NCBI RefSeq assembly: GCF_000143415.4
Contig: NW_003314391.1
Coordinates: forward strand, 248,001 to 312,000
DNA length: 64,000 nucleotides
Direction: 5' to 3'
DNA from: Selaginella moellendorffii
Lineage: Eukaryota; Plantae; Lycopodiophyta
Each line of letters opens with the position of its first letter. Position 1 is the stretch's first letter. The notes below the pieces were generated by a model. The model was given only the letters and a program-made list of their open reading frames with translations. It was not told the DNA's origin and searched no databases. This document shows, in pieces, positions 50,214-60,981 of the stretch. The position numbers were made by a program, and so were the translations under genes.

Positions 50214-50345
50214 AAGGCATGGTGAGCCTTTGGTGTCAAACCATTGAGGAATATGCAAAAGGCATGGTGAGCCTTCAATGGCAAACCATTGACGAATATG
50301 GAGAAGGCATGGTGAGCCTTCAATGTCAAACCATTGACAAATATT
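50214..50345. repeat. Three tandem ~45-bp units upstream of the PPT
   Basis: AAGGCATGGTGAGCCTTCAATGGCAAACCATTGACGAATATGGAG-type unit, three copies. Confidence 0.9.
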
Positions 50346-50675
50346 GGCTAGGTGCCAAGGATGGAAATGGTAACACATGCGGGTGTTACTTTATAAAATG
50401 GTTTACCGTTCGATGAGGACATCGAACTTCGTCTATGGGTGGTGGAGTTGTGAGACACAAAATCCCTAGGCCCCAAAGTAGAGCCGGAAAGGGCGCCACG
50501 TGGTAGTGGCCGAAGCGAGAGCCAAACGAGCGTAACACGTTTGGACCAAAAGCTCCGACTTGAAAAGACAAGAGCGGGAGTGGAACTCCCAACGAAGTGC
50601 TCGAGGAACGAGCACGAAGCGAGCAAAAGGCGAGGCTCCAAAAAGGGACCCAAAAGGACCAACACATGACACGTG

Positions 50676-51133
50676 GGAGTCCGAAGTGGAGTCTGAGATG
50701 GACCCGAGATGGAGTCCGAGATGGAGTCCCAAGTGGAGTCCGAGGTGGACCCGAGATGGACCCGAGTTGGAGTCCGAAGTGGAGTCCGAGATGGACCCGA
50801 GATGGAGTCCGAGATGGAGTCCAAGATGGAGTCCGAGGTGGACCCGAGATGGACCCGAGTTGGAGTCCGAAGTGGAGTCCGAGATGGACTCGAGATGGAG
50901 TCCGAGATGGAGTCCGAGATGGAGTCCGAGGTGGACCCGAGATGGACCCGAAATGGAGTCCGAGATGGAGTCCGAGATGGACCCGAGATGGAGTCCGAGA
51001 TGGAGTCCGAGATGGACCCGAGATGGACCCAAGATGGAGTCCGAGATGGAGTCCGAGATGGACCCGAGATGGAGTCCGAGATGGAGTCTGAGATGGAGTC
51101 CGAGATGGAGTCCGAAGTCGAGACCGAGACCGG

Positions 51134-51165
<32 letters not shown>

Positions 51166-51275
51166 TCGGGACCGAGACCGAGACCGAGGCCAAGGCCGAG
51201 ACCGAGCCCGAGCCCGAGTCCGAGTCCGAATCCGAGTCCGAGTTCGAGTCCGAGTCCGAGTCCGAGTCCGGAGCC
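50676..51275. repeat. Minisatellite in the right LTR (22 bp shorter, with reshuffled units relative to the left)
   Basis: The offset between the two repeats changes from 6382 to 6360 across the array. Confidence 0.9.
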
Positions 51276-54200
51276 TGAGAGGGTGAAAGCCCAAAGCGTT
51301 CGTCTCCCAGACCCTGGGGGGTTTGGTGAGCTCCAAAAGTATAGTAGGGGGAGGACTGTAGTGGAGCCAGTTTGGCCAGGAAAGGCCAGTTTGGCCCAGG
51401 AAGGCCGGACCCAGTGTTGGGTGATGAGCTGCCCACTGGGAAGTCCAAGACTAGAGTGAACACGGACCGACAAGTGGGGTAGCTTGGTGAAGTGTTCAAG
51501 AGCCGGCTCTAGTTCCCCCGGGAGATCGACTGGCCGATGCTCCCAGTCCAAGTGTGGGTGGCACTACCTACTTGGATACCTGGTGTGGCTCAACGGAACC
51601 CGCTCTAAGCCCATGGCTAGAGCACCCAAGGGCAGAAGGCGAGGAGAGTACCCAGGTGGCTCGCGTAAGGCCACGGTGTTCCGAAATGTTGTCCCAAAGG
51701 CCCAGACTGTGGAAAGGAAGAGGAGCAGTCCTCTGGGGTAGTGACCAAGGACACAGTCGTGTGGTGAGGAAGTCCCAGAGGACCGTGGGACTTAGTGGTC
51801 GGGCCTGTGGGTCTCGATCCAGTGGCAGTGTTGGCAAACACGGCCAGGGGCAGAAAGGGACTTAGTGGGGACTGACAGAGGGATATTGGGGAAGGCTATT
51901 CCCCTTGTCGATGGGCATCCTAAGGATGCTAAGGAGTGGATCTGAGATGACCACTCACGGATGGTTTGCCTAGTCTTGGAGAGCCAAGACGGTGATGCAA
52001 GTGGTATTGGACTACCAGTGTGGCAAAGGTGATTGGGCATGGCCTTAGCGTAACGGGCTGCTATGTCGGTGGTACCTTTGAGTGTCGGTCATGGGATCGG
52101 ACACGTGGAGCACTTGGACCAAGTGCAAATGTTGAGTGGCATGGATGCCATTCTCGGGGCTAGCAAGTCCCAAGTCCTGGATTGGACTTATGGAGGTTGT
52201 GAATGAGACTCCTCCAAGTGGTCAGAGGTGTGGTTAAGTGACTAAAGTAGAATGGAAAATTTAGTCGCTTACAATTTGGTATCGGAGCGGTCTCAGGTCC
52301 GACTCTGTTGGTTGGCTAAGGGAACTACACCACATGTTGATTGACATCTGACTGGTCCAGTTTGCTCCCGCTGGGCTCGACCCGAGGGGTAGGGTGTCAA
52401 GAGAGCAGGGCTCTCGGGAGAGCTATGGCTCTCAGCTTCCGTTCACGAGGGCGTGAACTTGCAGGGAAACGTGGTGGATTGTAAGCAACCAAAGGGAACG
52501 ACTCGAGAGACGATCCATGGGGTTCAAATATAGAGGGAAAGGAACCAACTTAAGCTTAGCATAATGGATCACCATTGAGAATCCAGTCAAAGCTACTATA
52601 ATGTTATTACTTGCAAATAGACTAGCTTCACCATCAACCACTTTGGGGTTGATCATTGTTTGACCAAGCAACTTCGTAAACACATTGTTTATTATCACAT
52701 GGATATGATATAGAAATCACAATGACTTGATCATCAATTGAGCAACACCATGAGCAACTCCCACATCATTACTATAAAGGTTTACGTGACTATCAAGTGC
52801 CAACTCGATTCGACAAAATACACCATAAATGCCACACCCCACCAATAGAAATTTACAACATTTAACACCACAAATTTTTGTTCACAACACAGACAAGCTC
52901 ATGCCACTCTCTTTTTGACTAACCTCAAAACTAATCCAACATTAAGCTACTTAAGGAGCAATAGCAAGGTTTCCCGAAAAAAAAGTGAGTATTGCAACCC
53001 AAGTCTTCAAAAACAAGCCTCTCCTTTACGTTCAAAGATGTTAAAACTCAGACACCCTCCAGCCGTTGTGCTTGTCCATGAACCTTTATCTCATACCTGG
53101 GGTATTACGTTTATGTTGGACAAGTATATAACTTGATGGCAAGAGTATAATGTTTGAGTCTTGTGAAGGCAAGTTGAAATAGTGATTGCTAATTGCTTGG
53201 CAACTAATAATTACTTGTAGACTTTGTCAAGGACTGTTGACACTTGCTTCACTCAATGTTGATTTAGCAGTGATGCATTTGCTTTACCAGTTAGTGTTGC
53301 AAAGGATTGTGTCATAGGCTTGCTTTCCATATTGGGATATCAACTCTACCTTTGACGATATTATTTAGTTGTGTTTAATCCATAGTGTTAGATTTTATGG
53401 AGTCTTGGATGTGGTGAATCACTCTTTGATGATGTGTTATCTGTAAGTGAGTATTGTTGAAAAATTAGTCTTAAATACTGACTAAATTATCTTCAGTTTT
53501 GGTTAGCTTGGTTGCTAAAGAATTTTGAATGGTGATTCACTTTTGTTTTCTATTAGCTTTATTATGGTGTTGATAGCATTGAAGTGATGCCTTGTCGTTG
53601 ACAATATTGATATTGAGATTCAAGTGAAATGAAATGTCTCTCCTTAGAATTGATATTGAATTTCATTAGTCTTGATATAGATAGTGTTAATGATTTAGTT
53701 ATAGCTTTATGTTATTAACATTCATGCATTTGTTAATTAGCAACTTGACGTTGAAACGATCTGAGTGGCAAGTGGAGTTAGTTGTGTTCTAGATGAGATT
53801 GCTTAGTCAAGGTTGAGTTTTAGCTTTTCCTTGAAAAGTGATTTAGTCATGGACTATACTAACTTTACGAGAGGAAGAATTAGTGATTGATATTAAAATG
53901 TTTGAATCTTAGTTGGATTTAATTTGGGAATATATCGATTATTGATGATTCTTCTAGTACTTGTTATGAAGTGAGTTACGTTTTATTATAGATGGATTCA
54001 TGAAGGATCGATTAGTTGGTCACTTGTTGAGCATCGCTTCGTTATGCTTAACTTTTGGATTAATGCAGATATGTTCTTCATTAGCTTTAACATTATGTAG
54101 TTTAACTTGTGGATGTGTTGAAGAAGATATTATGGGTTGTACCATGATTTCTTCTTTAGCATTAATGTTAGTTCTTGCGAAACACGTGATCATTTATTAA

Positions 54201-55559
54201 TCAATATTTAACTATAGGCTTCTTTGAGCTTTTGGTTCCTTGAATTTTGTGCTCATTGTTTCATTTGTTAGAAGTTGTTAGGGAAGGCATTTTGGCTCAT
54301 TAGCTTCGATGTTAAAGTTAATATTTACATTTGGCAATCATTAATGATGATTAACTATCATCTGGGATAGTTGATTAGCATTGTCAAATATTTTACTAAA
54401 TCATTGTTGGTGTTGAATGATTTACCATTCTTATGGTGGTAAATTATTTCTTTGCCAATAATTATATATTTATCTATTGATAAGATAATTGATGATCTTT
54501 CATTCTAGTTAGTTGTTCTCTTTAATAACTTTTGGTATTTTGCATTACTATAAGTTCTTTGTGGTTTGCCCTATATTAGTCTCTTGGGTTTGAGACATCG
54601 GTAGGATGTTGTTGACGCTTACTTAAGCAACTCTAGTTCCTTAGTATTATTAACCAAAATTTATTCAAATTGACTAATGTGATAGTTGGTATAAACAAGT
54701 GTTTGTTAGTCTTACTGCATTCATTCTGTTCTGTTGATTGTTGTTACAGTTAATTCTGATAGATTAGATGATATTTCCTATAGGTGATATATTCGCAAGT
54801 ATTTGCTTGCCAGTCGATGATACTTTGTGTTCTTTGAGTTATCTTATGTAAATTGTTTAGCATGCTATCTAAAATATTTGATAGTTAAGTTTTATCATCA
54901 AGTATTATTCATGGTATACTTGCTATTGAATTTTGTTAGATAGTGAATCTTATTTTTTCCAATCATATCGATCTTGATGGTTTCTGTACTCTAATACTAG
55001 TTTATCAGATGATAACTTACATAGGATACTTTTATGTTCTAATATATTTAATCACTGATAATTAAGTCTCTAAAGTATCATTGTCTATGACTTTAATATT
55101 TTCCATCTATTGATCTTTGAGTTTAGGCCAATATAAGCAGACTGGCTTTGACACTTCTTTTTCGATGTTCCTTATTCGATTATAAAGGGTGTGACTTAAT
55201 AATCTATCTAAACCTTACTAACGAGTTTGGTTTTTTTGCTCAGGAGGGTTAGGGCCTCTAACTTCTCTCTCTATATCCCTACGAGTAGGGGCGTATCACA
55301 CTTTTGTAAGTTGGGTGACACCTAGAGTAGCAAGGGTGGTTGACTCTGTTGGTCATTTCCTTATCAATGACAGCCGGAAAGTGTCTGAGTTGGTAGCACA
55401 TCCATGTTAGACAAAGAGGTTACCCTAACTCATTTAAGTTTGTGCATTTATCACATAGTATGATCACTGTGAACTTTTTCTAAAGTTGTTTCCTTGCTGG
55501 TGGTCTAGACTGAAGTATGCATTGACAAGGACGTTGATCTTCCCTAAGGGGGGGGAGAG

Positions 55560-56631
55560 TGTTGCGAATATGACTTCGGGTATCAAAAGTTACTTGTCGG
55601 CTGTCCTTTCAGATATTCTTTCCTTACTGCCGCGATGGAAGGAGGTCGGTATTGCTGGGACCCTTTATCAATCCCTTTTGTTCAAGTGTTAGTAAACTGG
55701 ACTTTGCATATATACTTGGTTGGACAAGCATAAGGACGAATTCCTAAGTGTCTATTTAGCCAAGCATACTTGGCCCGGCTTATTAGTTTTCTTTTGCTCT
55801 GTCTTACACTAGCTTAACAAGAACCCTTGCGTATTGAAACTAATCCTTTAATATCACTGGATGATAGCTTACCGTGTTTGCCAAACACCCTTGCTATCAT
55901 GCCCTTTATGTTAGTCTCATTTTGGTCCCAAATGCTATTTATGGAAAGTGTCTAGATTTACTCATTTGGCATATTTGGTCCCATGTCCAAATTCGCAATC
56001 TAAAGACATTCCATATTTAGTAAGTTTTGAGCTTGTCCCAAAGACTAACTCCTGATACTAAAGGAGGTTTGGGGTCCAAAGCGTGTGTTCCTAATGGGGG
56101 GGAGGGGCAGCCATGGGGGGTTCCAAATGTATAGTAGGGCTAGTGGGTAGGTTGGGCATGACTGACCAATCTGAAACATAATCTAGCTCCTTTTTACATG
56201 TTTTATTCTGCGTTTGGCTTAGGTCTAAGCCCAAGTTCCATTCCATGCTAGCTGGTGGAGTACCCATATCCTTACAGTAAGCCGCCAATAGGCTGAAATA
56301 GTGCCAAACTCCATTTAACTCTGTTTTGTGTGTTAGTTTTGGCATTGGGATGTTAGATACTCTAAGATTGTTCCAAATTGCTTTGCACTCCTATTCCTTT
56401 GCTCCTTAGGCTATGCACTTAAGAATCATTCTATGCTCCAATGTTATTACTCCTTAGCTCCATGCTTGGGAGTTTAGTATTGTTCCTTTATTCAATGGCC
56501 CAAAGCCCTAAAACTTGGGTTCTACAGCACTGTCCTTTGGACACATGGCATATAGAGGGTTTAGGTTCCACTTCATAGTTATCCTATGGTAAATCACCAT
56601 AGGATAAAAGGTAAAAACCATGTGCACTACA
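55560..56631 (+). mobile_element. 3' LTR (TGTTG...CTACA) of a third LTR family, preceded by a PPT and a decayed internal region (~53080-55559)
   Basis: PPT AAGGGGGGGGAGAG immediately before TGTTG; homologous termini at 36580 and 31961. Confidence 0.75.
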
Positions 56632-57329
56632 TTTGACATGATATTCAATGGACTGATCCTCTAGAAATTATGCATATGTAGTACTTGAAATAGTTCGTAC
56701 AAAAGGATCATGAATAACTAATACCACCTACAGATCCACGAATATGCTATAATTTATAACACAGCAATTAAATATTAGTACTTCACTATTCATATCAATT
56801 AATAAGTATTAAGGTTTTAATTTCTATTCTATTAATATAAATTATTATTTATTAGCTTTAGTTATATTAAATTTACTTAAAGATCCTTAAGAAAGAATAA
56901 AATATAAACATGTTTATATTTATAAATACGAGATTAATCTGAATTATTTTCAACCATTAAATGGTAGTATACCAAGCATATTCTAGGTATATCCACTATC
57001 CCTCTACAAGTTTGCTTAAGCAACTAAAATGTTTTATACTTGTATTATAATTGATTAATGTCAATAGTTCTCCTATATAATAAACCTCATCAAACATGTT
57101 TAAATAGTATTTTATTTAGATGTAGTGCATTTTAAATTTGTTTTGATGTGGCAAACACGTGGCAAGAGCAAAACGAATGTTATTAGTACTTTTCTATTCA
57201 TATCAATTAACAACTGTTAAGGTTTTAATTGCTGTGTTATAAATTATAGCATATTTATATTTTATAAACTTTAACCTCTAACTTCTTTTAGAGTTTGCTC
57301 AAGCCAATGTCCACCACATCACAAGCACC

Positions 57330-57910
57330 ACTTAACCCTCCTTTAATTGTTCCTTGCAGAGGAGATACTTATAACCATCATGCTTCCCCTTGCCATGCCC
57401 ACAATAGTGGCATTTGCATTTGCTGCAAATATCATTGCATAACTAAGGAAGAACTTGTTTCAAAACTGGTTGGATGGGCCATTGTTCCACCAATAATGTT
57501 GCTGCACTGGTGTTCTATAATTCTTGAGCCATTGAAGGCATATGTTCAAGCAATAATTGGCAAAATATCCATCATACTTCTGATGTCACTAACAAACAAG
57601 TGTGTCTCCTTCGAAGGTGATGCATGGTTTCTACCTTTGACATTGAACATGCATAGATCAGAGAAAAAGTGCAAAAGGACAATGAATATTGTACATTGTG
57701 GCCTAGCCTAGTGCATACTTTGTGGCTCATTTTGCCTCATGAATGTATAATTCTTCACAATGTCAAATGCTGTGAGCATAGAACCAATAGATGAATTACT
57801 CTTCAATTGCTTAAATTGGTTGTCTTATCATCTCGCAATATGGCACATAACTGTAAGCTGTTTCCAGAAAGCATTGACCAATTTGGTCCTAGTAGTCTTT
57901 CTAGTTTCTA
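57330..57910 (-). mobile_element. Sola2-like DDD transposase relic
   Basis: HIAR**DNQFKQL...FDIVKNYTFMRQNEPQSMH*ARPQCTIF...THLFVSD...HYWWNNGPSNQF*NKF...GHGKGKHDG matches the DFxENY/QNExQSxHW/SDGxxxQFKN/HGKGxxDG motif series. Contains stops and frameshifts. Confidence 0.7.
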
Positions 57911-58229
57911 GAACCATACAAGATGGATTGTGCTATGTAGGTCTACTATGGACTGTCTATGAGCGACTGATCAATGGGACAGATGGAGAAAGGTTGGTGA
58001 AGACATGTTGCAAAACAATTTAAAAGTTGTTGGTTCAATAGATGGATATTCCATCATAGAAACTAAGGATAACATGAAAAGAGTGTTTCCAAATTTCAAT
58101 TATGACTTAAATGACATTCCTGAGGAAAAGGAAAATTGAGTTTTATAACTGTATTGGTATATAATGTCTTGCTTCACTTTTATAGAATAATGCTTTGTGT
58201 CTGGCTGTGGGGAATGTGGGCATTAGAAG

Positions 58230-58750
58230 GAAGCAGATAGTGGCCCTAATTTCCCTTCTTGCCTTCACCAATCCCACCTGCATTTCTTCAGGATGCCTCC
58301 ACTTGGAAAAACTATCTATACAGCTATGCCTCGTAGAAAAGATATATGCCGTCTTTTCATTTGTTGCATGTGTTTCAAACCAAGTTATGCACAAGGACTG
58401 GAGCAGAGCCCATTCTTGCACTCGATCAAAAGAGACCCAAGAGCAGAAGCTAGCGCTCCACTTGGTCCATGAGTTGGTTCCAGAATCATAGATCCAGGTG
58501 GCTAAGCCTTTCTGCTGCCACCTAAACAAGACAAGCTAGAAGCAGCCAGGGACGCATGGATCATGAGCCACTACATACTAGATGCGAGCTAAGTATTTAT
58601 TCTGGATGGGAGCATGGACTTGGGTGTAGTGCCCTGCAGGAGCTGTAGAAGCATAAGATCGGCCCATGGTGAGGGAGCACAGCACTCGAGGTTGTAGCTT
58701 GGCGGGATGCAGCCACAGCTAGAACTTGATGCTCGTAGCCGATGACTTTT
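58230..58750 (-). pseudogene. Possible F-box-associated/kelch-like gene fragment
   Basis: ATWIYDSGTNSW resembles plant F-box C-terminal repeats; frames are broken and no F-box is seen. Confidence 0.3.
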
Positions 58751-59061
58751 GCAGGATCGCCAACCTGTGAATCTTCTTCAAATATCCAGATTGATTCTAT
58801 ATTTGCTTTTTGAGAGCCAAACCGTTAAATCTAATACGTCCATTCATAATCTAACGGTTGGCGATGAGAGTAGAGGACTCAAGGTTTGTGTCGCAATGAA
58901 GAGAGGGAGGGGGTCCAAGGTTTACGTAGCGTCCTCGCTGGTGAATCTGGTCGCGGTGAGAAGCTCTGGGTTACTCAGGGCCCCCGACACCTTGCTTGCA
59001 AGGGTATGAGCAATAGCAATACATCAACACCCACAACTTGTTGAAAGTCAAAGAAAGTCAA

Positions 59062-60981
59062 ATGGAGTTCAGAACAAAAGGAGGAGAACCAGATTCTACT
59101 TTGATGGTAGCTTATGCAATGTCCATCACGGAATCTCCTCCAATTCCTTCGACTCTCCCGTTTCTCAAGAACAAATCTTTCTATGCCCAACAGATCCGGT
59201 CTTGTGCAGCATCCAAGGATCCAAGCCAGGCCAAGAGACTCCACGAGGAAATCCTTGGGACTCATCTCTGGGACAATCGCTACATCAGCAATCTCCTCAT
59301 CGAGATGTATGGAAAGTGTGGAAGCGTGGACAGAGCACTTGACGTGTTTCATAGGATCCCTCTGCCAAACTCCTTCTCGTGGAACATCATGATAGCCGCA
59401 TACATCCAGAACGGGCAGCTCCAAGAAGCTGAGAAGATGTTTGCAAGAATGCCGGTTAAGAACGTTGTCTCGTGGAATGCGATGGTAACGGCATATGCTC
59501 ATTTTGGGCAGATGGAGCAAGCGGTTGAAACTTTTGAAAGCATGCCCGAGAAGGACACAACGTCCTACAACGCAATGCTTACGGCATTAACAGAGAGAGG
59601 CGAAATGAGAAAAGTGGAAGAGTTCTTTGAGAAAATCCCAGACAAAGATCCGGTGTCTTGGAGTATAATTGTTACTGCTTATGCCCAAGCTGGGCATATG
59701 GAAAAAGCTCTGGAGTTCCTTGAGAGAATGCCGGGGGCGTGTGTCTTTGCCTGGAACGCTCTCCTGTCGGGCTACACAATCCATGGAAGGATTGACGATG
59801 CGAAAAAATTGTTTGAGAGAATGCCACAGCGCGACTCTGTGTCATGGAACACTCTCATGTCGGCGTACGCTCAGCTTGGTCGATTTGCCGAGGCCAAGTC
59901 TCTGTTTGATCGGACTCCACAGCGCAACCTCGTCTCCTGGAACATTATGATCAATGCATACGCAGTGAATCGCCAGCCTCACGAAGCACACCGCGTTCTT
60001 GATCGAATGCCGAGAAAAGACTCTACCTCGTGGAACGCAGTGATGGGAGCCTACGCACAGAACGGCCTCCCGGAAGAAGCCAAGCTCATATTTGATAGAA
60101 TGCCGTCCAAAAACTCCATCTCCTGGACGATCATGGTGGTGGCCTACGCGAAATCCGGCAACGTAGAGCTCGCGAGGAGCTTCTTCGACAAAATCTCTCA
60201 CCGAAACTTGGTGTGCTGGAACACGATGATCACGGCGTACTCCCAGCACGGTCAAGCCCGGCAAGCCTTCACTCTACTGGGCTCCATGGATTTGGATGGC
60301 ACCAAACCCGACAACATCACTCTTGTCGCAGTCTTGGACGCCTGTGCCAGTTCCAACGCCTTGTCGGACGGTCGGATGGTTCACGACATGGCGGCAAGCG
60401 ACAAGGCTCTGCTAGATCCTGTCGTGGAGAGCGCGCTCGTCAACATGTACTCCCGCTGTGGCTGCCTGGGAGAAGCCCGACAGGTGTTTGAGAGCTCGGT
60501 GGATCGAGACGTGGTGGTGTGGACAACAATGGTGACGGCCTATGCGCAGAGCGGCCATACCAAGGAGACGATCGAGCTCTTCCTGGCGATGGTGTGTGAC
60601 GGCCTTCCACCGGACCCCATAACATTCACCGCGGTCTTCTCGGCTTGTAGCCATGCCGGAAAACTCGATGTAGCATTGGAGTTCTTCGTGACAATGGTTG
60701 GAGATTTCGGTACCTCGGCTCAGAGGGATCACTACAGCATCATGGTCGATCTGCTGGGACGATCCGGGAGGACGGCAGAGGCGCGAGAGCTCATGGATTC
60801 TATGCCGTGCGAGCCTGATGATATTGCATGGACGACGCTTCTCGGGGCGTGTAAGACGCACGGAGACGCGAACCGAGGAGCCGGAGTGGTGGAGCGTCTG
60901 TATCGCAAGAGACCGGATGTGTCGTCAACTTACACTCTCGCGTCTGGATTGGTGAGAGGCGTAGCTCCGATCGATCGATGA
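59062..60981 (+). CDS. PLS-class PPR protein with (truncated) E domain, intronless (ATG 59062 or 59119)
   Basis: Tandem SWN..I.AYA..G motifs; FSACSHAG, HYSIMVDLLGRSG, AWTTLLGACKTHGD; no DYW domain. Confidence 0.92.
   Translation: MEFRTKGGEPDSTLMVAYAMSITESPPIPSTLPFLKNKSFYAQQIRSCAASKDPSQAKRLHEEILGTHLWDNRYISNLLIEMYGKCGSVDRALDVFHRIPLPNSFSWNIMIAAYIQNGQLQEAEKMFARMPVKNVVSWNAMVTAYAHFGQMEQAVETFESMPEKDTTSYNAMLTALTERGEMRKVEEFFEKIPDKDPVSWSIIVTAYAQAGHMEKALEFLERMPGACVFAWNALLSGYTIHGRIDDAKKLFERMPQRDSVSWNTLMSAYAQLGRFAEAKSLFDRTPQRNLVSWNIMINAYAVNRQPHEAHRVLDRMPRKDSTSWNAVMGAYAQNGLPEEAKLIFDRMPSKNSISWTIMVVAYAKSGNVELARSFFDKISHRNLVCWNTMITAYSQHGQARQAFTLLGSMDLDGTKPDNITLVAVLDACASSNALSDGRMVHDMAASDKALLDPVVESALVNMYSRCGCLGEARQVFESSVDRDVVVWTTMVTAYAQSGHTKETIELFLAMVCDGLPPDPITFTAVFSACSHAGKLDVALEFFVTMVGDFGTSAQRDHYSIMVDLLGRSGRTAEARELMDSMPCEPDDIAWTTLLGACKTHGDANRGAGVVERLYRKRPDVSSTYTLASGLVRGVAPIDR

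Larger units (their letters stand above)
44067..52542 (+). mobile_element. Young non-coding composite LTR element (LARD-like) with an embedded Cassandra-like module
   Basis: Near-identical direct repeats 44067-46182 and 50449-52542; Met-PBSs at 45917, 46316 and 52277; PPTs before 46120, 50449 and 52480; no recognisable gag/pol. Inserted in a dispersed repeat, with the right end removed by a deletion. Confidence 0.9.
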
